Positions 25,605 to 38,090 of a stretch of 56,952 nucleotides of DNA are shown here, in pieces. Source of the DNA: Macrostomum lignano (taxonomy: Eukaryota); the NCBI GenBank assembly GCA_002269645.1, contig NIVC01003510.1, positions 1 to 56,952 of the forward strand, written 5' to 3'. The notes below the pieces were generated by a model that searched no databases, was not told where the DNA came from, and was given only the letters and a program-made list of their open reading frames with translations. The number at the start of each line of letters is the position of its first letter. Position 1 is the first letter of the stretch. The translations under genes were made by a program, and so were the position numbers.

Positions 25605-25830
25605 TCCGGGATTCCCTAAAATGGGTCCAAGATTCCCTTCAATGTACATCGGTCTGGGATTTCCTTCAATGCACATCGGTTCGGGATTTCCTTCAATGCA
25701 CATCGGTTCGGGATTTCCTTCAATGTACATCGGTTCGGGATTTCCTTCAATGTACATCGGTTTGGGATTTCCTTCAATGTACATTGTGCCAGGATTCCCT
25801 TCAATGTACATTAAGCCGGGATTCCCTTCG
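25605..25830. repeat. Minisatellite, 27 bp unit CGGGATTTCCTTCAATGTACATCGGTT, about 8 copies (SARM1 intron 3)
   Basis: Directly visible. Confidence 0.93.
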
Positions 25831-25848
25831 ATGCGCTACCATCTTCAG

Positions 25849-26571
25849 ATTTTCCCGTTCCCGCGTCGACGGTGACCTTCTGCTCCGCATCACTGACGCC
25901 GACCTGCGCGACTCCATCGGCCTCAGCAACGGCCTCCTGCGCCAGCGGCTGATGCGCGAGATCGACCAGCTTCGCACCTCCACCGACTACTCGCCCTGTG
26001 ACCCGTCCGGCCTGGCCGGCTGGCTGCGCCGCTGCGTTGGCCAGGACAGCGTCCAGTTCGCCTACGCCCTGCTCACCGCCGGCTGCGACCGCCGCCTCCT
26101 GGCCTCCGCCAGTGACGCCATGCTAGCCGATGCCGGCGTCTCTGGAGCCGTCCACCGGCTGCGAATCCTGCGGGCGGCCAGCCGGCAGCCGGAGCCCGCG
26201 CCCGGCCCGGACGTCTTCGTCAGCTATCGGCGCGAGGGCGGCGCCCTGTTGGCCTCCCTGCTGCGCGTGCACCTGCAGCTGCGGGGCCACACCGTCTTCC
26301 TTGACGTCTACCGCCTGCCGTCTGGCAGATTCGACGATCAGCTGCTGCACAGCATCGCCAACACGCGCAACTTCATCGTCGTCTTGACGCCCGGTGCTCT
26401 GGACCGCTGCATTGGCGACAACGACGGGGCCGACTGGCTGCACAAGGAGCTGTCGGTGGCGCTGAGCTCCGGCTGCAACATTATCCCAGTGCTGGATCCC
26501 GGGTTCGTGTTCCCAGATCCTGACCAGCTACCCGAGGACATCCGCTGCCTGCAGGCCTACAACAGCGTGCC
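25849..26571 (+). CDS. SARM1: SARM1 exon 4: SAM1/SAM2 and TIR NADase domain
   Basis: TTCAG|A acceptor, phase 2. RVDGDLLLRIT...PDVFVSYRREGGALLASLLRVHLQLRGHTVFLDV...RNFIVVLTPGALDRC...DWLHKEL (catalytic Glu GAG at 26447-26449). Donor CC|GTGAGT. Confidence 0.97.
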
Positions 26572-26739
26572 GTGAGTTGCTTCCAGTCTGCTCCTATCTG
26601 AATGTTTTTTCCAGGCTGTACGTCGAGGGCCGGCTGCCTCATATGCACTAGTTGGCCTGGATTTACCACGCTCACTAATGCTTGAGTTTCCAATCTAGAC
26701 TGAGGCAAGAATTTTTCTACGCATTTGCTTAGATACACT

Positions 26740-26960
26740 AAAGCTGGGATTTCCCCACGTACATTACTAAAGCTGGGATTTCCCCACGTACATAATAAGG
26801 CTAGGATTTCCTCGTGTACGTAATAATTCACGAATTTCCATACATGCATTAACAACGGGACTTTCTTGCGTACGCTAAAGCGGGGCTTTCCTTACATTAA
26901 AGACTGGGATTTACCGCCTATACTAATATTGAAATTTCCCTTTTGTACACTGAAGCTTGT
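26740..26960. repeat. Short degenerate 29-bp repeat AAGCTGGGATTTCCCCACGTACAT
   Basis: Two near-exact copies (about 26741 and 26770) plus degenerate ones. Confidence 0.7.
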
Positions 26961-27896
26961 CGGGTGTCGGGACGCACTAACGCTTGTACGAGCGTATCTC
27001 ATCCCATCAAAGCTGGGGTTTCCCTATGGTTAATTTCCTAAAGTCATTTTTCGGACATCATCTATTAGCAAAAGCACTTCTATCAATGCGGGAAATTTAC
27101 CTCGATCCAAGCAATAACTTGCTCACAGCTTACGCTCAGACTCTTCTGCCTTCCTTGGTTTCGCTCGTCCGCCCTGCGAGGCAATTCTACCTACCGCCTA
27201 GGCCGGTAGATAACAGTTTGTCAGATACCCTTTGAGCAACTCTTACAGATGCCGTCTCTAGGATTAAATTAATTAAAAATCAACATCTCCCCTTGTCTGG
27301 ACTCGGCCTCGCTGATCCCATTGGGAGGGGGTGGGCGGCTGTCCTGCGCGGAAATTTTATTAGCAAACGCCGAGTTGCCAGACCGGCGGCTGAAATTTAT
27401 CTAATGCCGTGCTTTGCTGCTTCACAGAAGAAGCTCGGCAAAGGGGAGAGGCACAGAGGCGCTCGCACTTTTAATACCCCCCCCCCTACTCCGACCTGGG
27501 TTCAGCTCCGGTTGTCCTGCAGACTATTTCATCATTGAGATCGCGTGCTCGCTGGGCGTTCACCGATCTTTATCGACTCGGGGAGGCTACTGTGCTCTTG
27601 CTAGGGTCCCCTCTCTCCTCCGTCTCCTGTGTGCTTCGCTTAACTACATCCGAATTTGGGCAAGAACTTGAGAAGATTTATTCTAAGCCCGAGTTATACA
27701 TGCTCTTGTTTCTCGTTGAACTACTCAGATTAGGAAATTTATGGGCACTTTAAGGTTTGGTTTAGTGACAGGAAACCGCGGCCTTCGGCTGATCTGATTT
27801 CAACTTCTTTTTACTCGTTACAGCTGCATATTCTACCTACTAGTGCACTGTATATACAATATACAGTTGTATACTGCTGTAAGCTCTGCACGCATT

Positions 27897-29040
27897 GGGG
27901 GAGACTGGAGATGAGGAGGGGCGAAGGCTTAGGGTGGGGAGAGGGGAGAGATGAGGAGGAGCGAAAGAACAGGTTGGGAAGAGGGGAGAAATGAGGAGGA
28001 GCGAAGGCACAGAGTGGGGAGAGGGGAAAAATGAGGGGCGAAGGCACAGTGGGGAGAGGGGAGAGATGAGGAGGGGCGAATGCACAGGGTGGAGAGGGGA
28101 GAGATGAGGAGGGGCGAAGGCACAGGGTGGGGAGAGGGGAAATATGAGGAGGGGCGAATGCACAGGGTGGAGAGGGGAGAGATGAGGAGGGGCGAATGCA
28201 CAGAGTGGGGAGAGGGGAGAGATGAGGAGGGGCGAAGGCACAGAGTGGGGAGAGGGGAGAGATGAGGAGGGGCGAATCCACAGGGTGGAGAGGGGAGAGA
28301 TGAGGAGGGGCGAAGGCACAGAGTGGGGAGAGGGGAGAGATGAGGAGGGGCGAATCCACAGGGTGGAGAGGGGAGAGATGAGGAGGGGCGAATCCACAGG
28401 GTGGAGAGGGGAGAGATGAGGAGGGGCGAATCCACAGGGTGGAGAGGGGAGAGATGAGGAGGGGCGAAGGCACAGGGTGGGGAGAGGGGAGAGATGAGGA
28501 GGGGCGAAGGCACAGGGTGGGGAGAGGGGAGAGATGAGGAGGGGCGAATCCACAGGGTGGAGAGGGGAGAGATGAGGAGGGGCGAATCCACAGGGTGGAG
28601 AGGGGAGAGATGAGGAGGGGCGAAGGCACAGGGTGGGGAGAGGGGAGAGATGAGGAGGGGCGAAGGCACAGGGTGGGGAGAGGGGAGAGATGAGGAGGGG
28701 CGAAGGCACAGGGTGGGGAGAGGGGAGAGATGAAGAGGGGCGAAGGCACAGAGTGGGGAGAGGGGAGAGATGAGGAGGGGCGAATGCACAGGGTGGAGAG
28801 GGGAGAGATGAGGAGGGGCGAATGCACAGGGTGGAGAGGGGAGAGATAAGGAGGGGCGAAGGCACAGGGTGGGGAGAGGGGAGAGATGAAGAGGGGCGAA
28901 GGCACAGAGTGGGGAGAGGGGAGAGATGAGGAGGGGCGAATGCACAGGGTGGAGAGGGGAGAGATGAGGAGGGGCGAATGCACAGGGTGGAGAGGGGAGA
29001 GATGAGGAGGGGCGAAGGCACAGGGTGGAGTCGGAGAGGT
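27897..29040. repeat. Purine-rich minisatellite, 38/40 bp units GGAGAGGGGAGAGATGAGGAGGGGCGAA(T/G)GCACAG(G/A)GT (SARM1 intron 4)
   Basis: Directly visible; explains the three long minus-strand Pro/Ser/Leu ORFs. Confidence 0.97.
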
Positions 29041-29193
29041 GAGGAGCACGACTAAGAACGTAAGTAACGGACAGCCAATCAGAAGGAGGTGAGGAGAGAG
29101 GGGCCTGAAACACGCACACCCAGAGGAGCAGAGAATTCAAATCATTCTGTACATTGTCGCATTCAAACCTCTTTTTCATTGTCTCGCTCTCAG

Positions 29194-29326
29194 CTGGAAG
29201 CACGAATACCAGGACGCGTGCATCGCCAAGATCGAGTCCTTCCTGGTGAAGGCCTCGGCAGCCGGGGCCGGCGCCGCCTCGGACCAGCAGCAGCCGGACA
29301 GTCGGGCCTCGGTGCCGCGGGACTGA
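29194..29326 (+). CDS. SARM1: SARM1 exon 5: TIR C-terminus (P)WKHEYQDACIAKIESFL...RD*
   Basis: CTCTCAG|C acceptor is phase-compatible; matches WSHEYQEATIEKIIRFL of SARM1; TGA at 29324-29326. The joined model is 946 codons. Confidence 0.95.
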
Positions 29327-30034
29327 CTGAAAACCGCTGGCTGAGTGCCTGTTTGGCTTGCCTAGTCACCTTTTTTGATCTGTCAGTCGCTAGCTAATGC
29401 CTAATTGCGAGCGTGTCATGGCTAGATAACTAATTAGCGTATCTAGATGTCTAATTACCGAGGTCAGATGCCTAATTACTGTGGCTAGATGCTTTTATTA
29501 CCGTGGCCAGATGCTTAATTAACGTAGTTAGATGCCTAATTATCATGGCTAGATGTCTAATTACCGTGGCCAGATGCCTAATTATCATGGCAAGATGCAT
29601 AATTAGCGTTACTAGCGGCCTAATGATCTAAGTAGCATAAGCAGGCTTTACTTCTGAACTTTTCAGTGTTAATTTTTCAAGGAACTTTTGTCTTTAAAAT
29701 TTTACTTGCAGACAGTCCCAATTTTCTCGTTACGGCATTTGTCAGATGCTTGCTCTGGACTCGTCTTTTAATTTACTAACCACATTCTTAATTCTCTATC
29801 CCAGCGTTCGCGCTTTCTGTACTTTTAGAAATATCAAACCGAATCATCTAGTCAGTTGTGCGATTGGCTTGTTAGCTGATCTTAAAATGCAATTTTTACT
29901 CTGTTTTGCCGTAATCCTGTGGCTTGTAACTTTATTTTACTTTTTTAAAGTCAAACTATTCTCACACTGGCTCACAATTACTCTACTAGTGTCTCTGTAA
30001 CACATTATCAGAGTATCCATATGATATTGAATCT

Positions 30035-30980
30035 ATCAGCCCCAATGTACACTCACACCTTTGCAGCTATCAGCCCCAATGTACACTCACACCCTGCAGC
30101 TACCAGCCCCAATGTACACTCACACCCTTGCAGCTACCAGCCCCAATGTACACTCACACCCTGCAGCTACCAGCCCCAATGTACACTCACACCCTGCAGC
30201 TATCAGACCCAATGTTCACTCACACCCTGCAGCTACCAGCCCCAATGTACACTCACACCCTGCAGCTACCAGCCCCAATGTACACTCACACCCTGCAGCT
30301 ATCAGCCCCAATGTACACTCACACCCTGCAGCTATCAGCCCCAATGTACACTCACACCCTGCAGCTATCAGCCCCAATGTTCACTCACACCCTGCAGCTA
30401 CCAGCCCCAATGTACACTCACACCCTGCAGCTATCAGACCCAATGTACACTCACACCCTGCAGCTACCAGCCCCAATGTTCACTCACACCCTGCAGCTAC
30501 CAGCCCCAATGTACACTCACACCCTGCAGCTACCAGCCCCAATGTACACTCACACCCTGCAGCTATCAGCCCCAATGTACACTCACACCCTGCAGCTACC
30601 AGCCCCAATGTTCACTCACACCCTGCAGCTACCAGCCCCAATGTTCACTCACACCCTGCAGCTACCAGCCCCAATGTACACTCACACCCTGCAGCTACCA
30701 GCCCCAATGTTCACTCACACCCTGCAGCTATCAGCCCCAATGTACACTCACACCCTGCAGCTACCAGCCCCAATGTACACTCACACCCTGCAGCTACCAG
30801 CCCCAATGTACACTCACACCCTGCAGCTACCAGCCCCAATGTACACTCACACCCTGCAGCTATCAGCCCCAATGTACACTCACACCCTGCAGCTATCAGC
30901 CCCAATGTACACTCACACCCTGCAGCTACCAGCCCCAATGTACACTCACACCCTGCAGCTACCAGCCCCAATGTACACCC
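30035..30980. repeat. Minisatellite, 33 bp unit CAGCCCCAATGTACACTCACACCCTGCAGCTAC, about 28 copies
   Basis: Directly visible; all three plus-strand frames are stop-free. Confidence 0.97.
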
Positions 30981-31955
30981 ACTGCACGGACTTTTCTGCA
31001 GCCCAAATTGAAATGTCAACAAATAAAAGGTTTTCTCTTAACTTGGAACATTATTCACCCCTGTCAAAGACATTTTTATTGCGTTGTGAATCTCATTTTA
31101 AAATTTATTAAGCAGCTGTGCGAACATTCGTTCTGAGTCCATGATTAATTCCTGCAATCCGAAAAACATGTTTTTACCTTTTTGTTTTTTTTATTCGTCC
31201 AGCAATGTCCTTGATATACCTGTAGGGATTTTGTGTTGATCATTTGTTTAAGAAAGTGTGTTTTTCAATCCCCTTCCCATGTGAATCACTCTTTGCTCTT
31301 GGGGTTTCCCACCTGGCCACTTAGACTCAGCTGACCAGAGCAGAGAATATTTTTACACTCCATGGAGCTCTCCCGCCTGTCCATCAAACAGCTTTGTGTA
31401 TCTAGTGATGCCGCTGCGCACCTCAGCTCTTGTGATGCGTTTTGCATCTCCTGCCAGTCAGTATTTGCAACAGCCCTGCTATCTGCGATTCGTCATTTTC
31501 AACCCCAGATCCCCTTTTTAAGTCTTCAATTGCACTTTTCTGTTCAGTTGGATGGATTGCTCACACCTAGACTAGCTTGAAGTGTACTTAACGATTCCTA
31601 CGATTTTGAAGGCTGAGTCGTTTGTGTATTTTTGTAGCGCGAAGGTCTCAGCTTCTGCAATAAGTACAAATGCACTTTTAATGGCAGTCGCTGAGATAAG
31701 TCTCACAGCCTCCCAACTGACTGCCCCCCTGTAGCTGTGAACTCGTCTTCTGCTTCAGTTTTTCTCCGTTAATAATTTCTTTTGTCAGCAGCTTCAACTA
31801 GGCAGTCGATGCTCATTTGTCACTCGGTTAGTTTTTTTACCATGCAAAACCTGAGTCAATGTTCTTATAAATAGCCATGGCACACGTGTGTGTACAGCTC
31901 TTTGTTCTGCTTTGCTCTTTGCTTCTTTAGTCTGTAGCTTATCTAGCTTAGAGAA

Positions 31956-34900
31956 AGGAACTGCTGTCAGCTCTGTGTCATAGTGAGGGAACTGCTGTCA
32001 GCTCTGTGTCATAGTGAGGGAACTGCTGTCAGCTCTGTGTCATAGTGAGGGAACTGCTGTCAGCTCTGTGTCATAGTGAGGGAACTGCTGTCAGCTGTGT
32101 CTGTATCACAGTGAGGGAACTGCTGTCAGCTGTGTCTGTATCATAGTGAGGGAACTGCTGTCAGCTATGTGTCATAGTGAGGGAACTGCTGTCAGCTCTG
32201 TATCATAGTGAGGGAACTGCTGTCAGCTCTGTATCATAGTAAAGGAACTGCTGTCAGCTCTGTGTCATAGTGAGGGAACTGCTGTCAGCTCTGTATCACA
32301 GTGAGGGAACTGCTGTCAGCTGTGTCTGTATCATAGTGAGGGAACTGCTGTCAGCTATGTGTCATAGTGAGGGAACTGCTGTCAGCTCTGTGTCATAGTG
32401 AGGGAACTGCTGTCAGCTGTGTCTGTATCACAGTGAGGGAACTGCTGTCAGCTGTGTCTGTGTCATAGTGAGGGAACTGCTGTCAGCTATGTGTCATAGT
32501 GAGGGAACTGCTGTCAGCTCTGTATCATAGTGAGGGAACTGCTGTCAGCTCTGTATCATAGTGAGGGAACTGCTGTCAGCTCTGTGTCATAGTGAGGGAA
32601 CTGCTGTCAGCTCTGTGTCATAGTGAGGGAACTGCTGTCAGCTGTGTCTGTATCACAGTGAGGGAACTGCTGTCAGCTGTGTCTGTATCATAGTGAGGGA
32701 ACTGCTGTCAGCTATGTGTCATAGTAAGGGAACTGCTGTCAGCTCTGTATCATAGTGAGGGAACTGCTGTCAGCTCTGTATCATAGTGAGGGAACTGCTG
32801 TCAGCTCTGTGTCATAGTGAGGGAACTGCTGTCAGCTCTGTGTCATAGTGAGGGAACTGCTGTCAGCTCTGTGTCATAGTGAGGGAACTGCTGTCAGCTC
32901 TGTGTCATAGTGAGGGAACTGCTGTCAGCTGTGTCTGTATCACAGTGAGGGAACTGCTGTCAGCTGTGTCTGTATCATAGTGAGGGAACTGCTGTCAGCT
33001 ATGTGTCATAGTGAGGGAACTGCTGTCAGCTCTGTATCATAGTGAGGGAACTGCTGTCAGCTCTGTATCATAGTGAGGGAACTGCTGTCAGCTCTGTGTC
33101 ATAGTGAGGGAACTGCTGTCAGCTCTGTATCACAGTGAGGGAACTGCTGTCAGCTGTGTCTGTATCATAGTGAGGGAACTGCTGTCAGCTATGTGTCATA
33201 GTGAGGGAACTGCTGTCAGCTCTGTGTCATAGTGAGGGAACTGCTGTCAGCTGTGTCTGTATCACAGTGAGGGAACTGCTGTCAGCTATGTGTCATAGTG
33301 AGGGAACTGCTGTCAGCTATGTGTCATAGTGAGGGAACTGCTGTCAGCTCTGTATCATAGTGAGGGAACTGCTGTCAGCTCTGTATCATAGTGAGGGAAC
33401 TGCTGTCAGCTCTGAATCATAGTGAGGGAACTGCTGTCAGCTCTGTATCACAGTGAGGGAACTGCTGTCAGCTGTGTCTGTATCATAGTGAGGGAACTGC
33501 TGTCAGCTATGTGTCATAGTGAGGGAACTGCTGTCAGCTCTGTGTCATAGTGAGGGAACTGCTGTCAGCTGTGTCTGTATCACAGTGAGGGAACTGCTGT
33601 CAGCTGTGTCTGTATCATAGTGAGGGAACTGCTGTCAGCTATGTGTCATAGTGAGGGAACTGCTGTCAGCTCTGTGTCATAGTGAGGGAATTGCTGTCAG
33701 CTGTGTCACAGTGAGGGAACTGCTGTCAGCTCTGTGTCACAGTGAGGGAACTGCTGTCAGCTCTGTGTCATAGTGAGGGAACTGCTGTCAGCTCTGTGTC
33801 ATAGTGAGGGAACTGCTGTCAGCTATGTGTCATAGTGAGGGAACTGCTGTCAGCTCTGAATCATAGTGAGGGAACTGCTGTCAGCTCTGAATCATAGTGA
33901 GGGAACTGCTGTCAGCTCTGAATCATAGTGAGGGAACTGCTGTCAGCTCTGTGTCAGTGAGGGAACTGCTGTCAGCTCTGTATCACAGTGAGGGAACTGC
34001 TGTCAGCTGTGTCTGTATCATAGTGAGGGAACTGCTGTCAGCTATGTGTCATAGTGAGGGAACTGCTGTCAGCTCTGTGTCATAGTGAGGGAATTGCTGT
34101 CAGCTGTGTCACAGTGAGGGAACTGCTGTCAGCTCTGTGTCACAGTGAGGGAACTGCTGTCAGCTCTGTGTCATAGTGAGGGAACTGCTGTCAGCTCTGT
34201 GTCATAGTGAGGGAACTGCTGTCAGCTCTGTATCATAGTGAGGGAACTGCTGTCAGCTCTGAATCATAGTGAGGGAACTGCTGTCAGCTCTGAATCATAG
34301 TGAGGGAACTGCTGTCAGCTCTGAATCATAGTGAGGGAACTGCTGTCAGCTCTGTGTCAGTGAGGGAACTGCTGTCAGCTCTGAATCATAGTGAGGGAAC
34401 TGCTGTCAGCTCTGTGTCAGTGAGGGAACTGCTGTCAGCTCTGTGTCATAGTGAGGGAACTGCTGTCAGCTCTGTGTCATAGTGAGGGAACTGCTGTCAG
34501 CTCTGTGTCATAGTGAGGGAACTGCTGTCAGCTCTGTGTCAGTGAGGGAACTGCTGTCAGCTCTGTGTCACAGTGAGGGAACTGCTGTCAGCTCTGTGTC
34601 ATAGTGAGGGAACTGCTGTCAGCTCTGTGTCATAGTGAGGGAACTGCTGTCAGCTCTGTGTCATAGTGAGGGAACTGCTGTCAGCTCTGTGTCATAGTGA
34701 GGGAACTGCTGTCAGCTCTGTGTCAGTGAGGGAACTGCTGTCAGCTCTGTGTCACAGTGAGGGAACTGCTGTCAGCTCTGTGTCAGTGAGGGAACTGCTG
34801 TCAGCTCTGTGTCACAGTGAGGGAACTGCTGTCAGCTCTGTGTCACAGTGAGGGAACTGCTGTCAGCTCTGTGTCACAGTGAGGGAACTGCTGTCAGCTC

Positions 34901-35233
34901 TGTGTCATAGTGAGGGAACTGCTGTCAGCTCTGTGTCAGTGAGGGAACTGCTGTCAGCTCTGTGTCAGTGAGGGAACTGCTGTCAGCTCTGTGTCATAGT
35001 GAGGGAACTGCTGTCAGCTCTGTGTCAGTGAGGGAACTGCTGTCAGCTCTGTGTCAGTGAGGGAACTGCTGTCAGCTCTGTGTCAGTGAGGGAACTGCTG
35101 TCAGCTCTGTGTCAGTGAGGGAACTGCTGTCAGCTCTGTCAGTGAGGGAACTGCTGTCAGCTCTGTGTCATAGTGAGGGAACTGCTGTCAGCTCTGTGTT
35201 ATAGTGAGGGAACTGCTGTCAGCTCTGTATCAG
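31956..35233. repeat. Minisatellite, about 31 bp unit GTGAGGGAACTGCTGTCAGCTCTGTGTCATA, about 105 copies
   Basis: Directly visible; the last unit ends in the acceptor AG of the next exon. Confidence 0.98.
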
Positions 35234-36291
35234 ACACTGTCAGGCGCACTGCCCTGTTCCAGGCGATCCCCACCAGAGCGTCCACATCGAAGCTGCTGGA
35301 GCGCACCAGCCGGCAGCTCCGCGGTGATTATCGGCGGCAGAGCGCCGAGACAGAGGAGGCGCAGCTGAACGACTTCCTGCAGGAGGTGCGGCAGCAGACC
35401 ACCCTGTCCACCGAGGTCGACCGCAAAGCCAAGCCGCAGCAGCAGCCGCAGCGCCGTCGCAAAAAAGTCCACCTGGGCTCCGATGTGAGCGACGTCTCTG
35501 TCACCAGCAGCAGCTCCGGCGGAGCCCGGGCCGCCGCTGGCAGTCGGTTTTTGAAGTCCAAGACGGCGGCGCCGAGCAGCTCCAAGCAGCAGCCGCCGAA
35601 GCCGCAGCCGAGCTCAGCTCCGCCGAAGCGGACCAGCAGCCAGCAGCAGCCGCAGCAGCCACAGCAGTCGGCGCCAGGTCGGCACAGCGCAGTGCTGGAC
35701 AAGGCCAGCCGCCTCACTTCGCAGCGGCCCCAGCAGCAGCAGCAGGCGGCCGCCGTCTCCACCAGCATGTCTTCCAGCCTGACCGACCCCGACCGGCCCA
35801 AGTCGCGCAAGGCCCGCCTGCAGCCGACGGCCGCCGAAGCTATTGAGGCCGAAGACGAGACCCGGCACCAGCTGTACCGGCACCGCGCCAGCCTGGACTT
35901 CCTCAGCGAGAGCGCGAGCCACAGCATCGGCCAGGACGGCGCCAGGTTCCTCCGGCGGACCACCGACGCCACGCCGCAGAGACAGCAGCCGCCGCCGCCA
36001 GCCGAAGACCCGTCGCCGGCTAACCGACAGCAGCCACAGCCGCCGCTGACTCCGAAGTCGCCAAAGCAGCTTCGGTTCAGCACGGAGCACCATGTCAGAT
36101 CCTTCACCGCGGACAGCGCCGAGTACGACGAGGACGAGGACGAGGAGACTCACAGCGGCCAGGCCGACAGGCTGGTCATCCGCCACCGGCCGCCCGTGCC
36201 TCCCATCGAGCTCAGCCAGGACTCCAGCATTGGCGAAGCTGTAGTGAGGAAACCGGCGCTCAAGAAGTCATCGTCATTCTCCGATATTCAG
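35234..36291 (+). CDS. C19orf44: C19orf44/DUF4614-like protein, first identifiable coding exon (Ser/Gln-rich; upstream start exon not located)
   Basis: GC3-rich ORF with GSRFLKSK and SAVLDKASRL segments; acceptor GTATCAG|AC; phase-0 donor CAG|GTGGGT. Confidence 0.75.
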
Positions 36292-36319
36292 GTGGGTGAC
36301 AGCTTGGGGATTCCCTCAC

Positions 36320-36805
36320 TGTGGACACATGTCCCTATCCCCACATTCATAATGTACACATGTCCCTATCCCCTCACCCACAATGTACACATGTCCCTAT
36401 CCCCACACTCATAATGTACACATGTCCGTATCCCCTCACCCACAATGTACACATGTCCCTATCCCCTCACCCACAATGTACACATGTCCCTATCCCCACA
36501 CTCATAATGTACACATGTCCGTATCCCCTCACCCACAATGTACACATGTCCCTATCCCCTCACCCACAATGTACACATGTCCCTATCCCCTCACCCACAA
36601 TGTACACATGTCCTTATCCCCACATTCATAATGTACACATTCCCTATCCCCACACCCATAATGTACACATGTCCCTATCCCCACACTCATAATGTACACA
36701 TGTCCCTATCCCCACACTCATAATGTACACATGTCCCTATCCCCACACCTATAATGTACACATGTCCCTATCCTCACACTCATAATGTACACATGTCCCT
36801 ATCCC
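36320..36805. repeat. Minisatellite, 31 bp unit CAATGTACACATGTCCCTATCCCCTCACCCA, about 15 copies
   Basis: Directly visible. Confidence 0.96.
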
Positions 36806-37204
36806 CGCAACCATAAGCTGCATGAGCAGGCCTGCAATGTGATGGATTGTAAGTTATATTCTAGCTCTTACTATTTGTGTTTTTTGACTTTTTCTCCTTA
36901 AGGAGTCAACTAAGGCCTAATATAACTTTCGTATAAAAATTAGTACTCGTAGTTGCTTTGAAAGCTCAAATGTTTTCTCTGCAATCTCCGGGTTTCGATT
37001 GATTTATCCACACTAAGACTGATTTAATCCCTCCATGGATTTCCAATTGACTGGGCACGGCCTCGGTTCTCTGGTGTAAATTATCCTGACTTGCTGCTGA
37101 GCAGTGGCGGCGACAGCTGCTGGGCCAGTGGGCGGGGGGCCCTGCCGGCTGCTCTGCGCCCTCGCTTCTTGGCACTGCTGAGTGCCGCACTGCTTTCGCC
37201 AACC

Positions 37205-38090
37205 TCATTCTCCCTTGATCTCCTCCCCCTCTGATCTCCCTCTCTGATCTCCTTCTCTGATCCACCTCTCTTATCTTCCTCTCTGCCTATCTAATCTCCC
37301 TTTCTGATCTCACTCTCTAATCTCCCTCTCTGATCTCACTCTCTAATCTCCCTCTCTGATCTCACTCTTTGATCTCCCTCTCTGATCCACCTCTCTTATC
37401 TTCCTCTCTGCCTATCTAATCTCCCTCTCTGATCTCACTCTCTAATCTCCCTCTCTGATCTCACTCTTTGATCTCCCTCTCTGATCCACCTCTCTTATCT
37501 TCCTCTCTGCCTATCTAATCTCCCTCTCTGATCCACCTCTCTTATCTTCCTCTCTGCCTATCTAATCTCCCTCTCTGATCCACCTCTCTGATCTCCCTCT
37601 CTGATCTCCCTCTCTAATCCACCTCTCTTATCTTCCTCTCTGCCTATCTAATCTCCCTCTCTGATCTCCCTCTCTGATCTCCCTCCCTGATCTCCCTCTC
37701 TGATCCACCTCTCTTATCTTCCTCTCTGCCTATCTAATCTCCCTCTCTGATCTCACTCTCTAATCTCCCTCTCTGATCCACCTCTCTTATCTTCCTCTCT
37801 GCCTATCTAATCTCCCTCTCTGATCCACCTCTCTTATCTTCCTCTCTGCCTATCTAATCTCCCTCTCTGATCCACCTCTCTGATCTCCCTCTCTGATCTC
37901 CCTCTCTAATCCACCTCTCTTATCTTCCTCTCTGCCTATCTAATCTCCTTTCTCTGATCTCACTCTCTAATCTCCCTCTCTGATCTCACTCTCTGATCTC
38001 CCTCTCTAATCCACCTCTCTGATCTCCCTCTCTGATCTTGCACTCTGATCTCCTTCTCCGATCTCCTCTCTCTCTCTCTGATCTCCCTCC
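37205..38090. repeat. Pyrimidine-rich minisatellite, 13 bp CTCCCTCTCTGAT with higher-order CCACCTCTCTTATCTTCCTCTCTGCCTATCTAAT blocks
   Basis: Directly visible. Confidence 0.95.

Noticed and set aside
27811-31136. 300-420 aa Pro/Ser/His/Cys repeat ORFs
   Set aside because: Translations of minisatellites open in all frames; 27811-29203 lies antisense within a SARM1 intron; no non-repetitive coding flanks
31866-31895. TATAAATAGCC-ATG-GCA-CAC-GTGTGT as first exon of the C19orf44-like gene
   Set aside because: Donor is weak and not phase-compatible with acceptor 35234; could only work with an alternative acceptor; unsupported
37080-37200. GC-rich stretch in a C19orf44 intron as an extra exon
   Set aside because: No convincing acceptor/donor pair, and the flanking exons already join in phase 0
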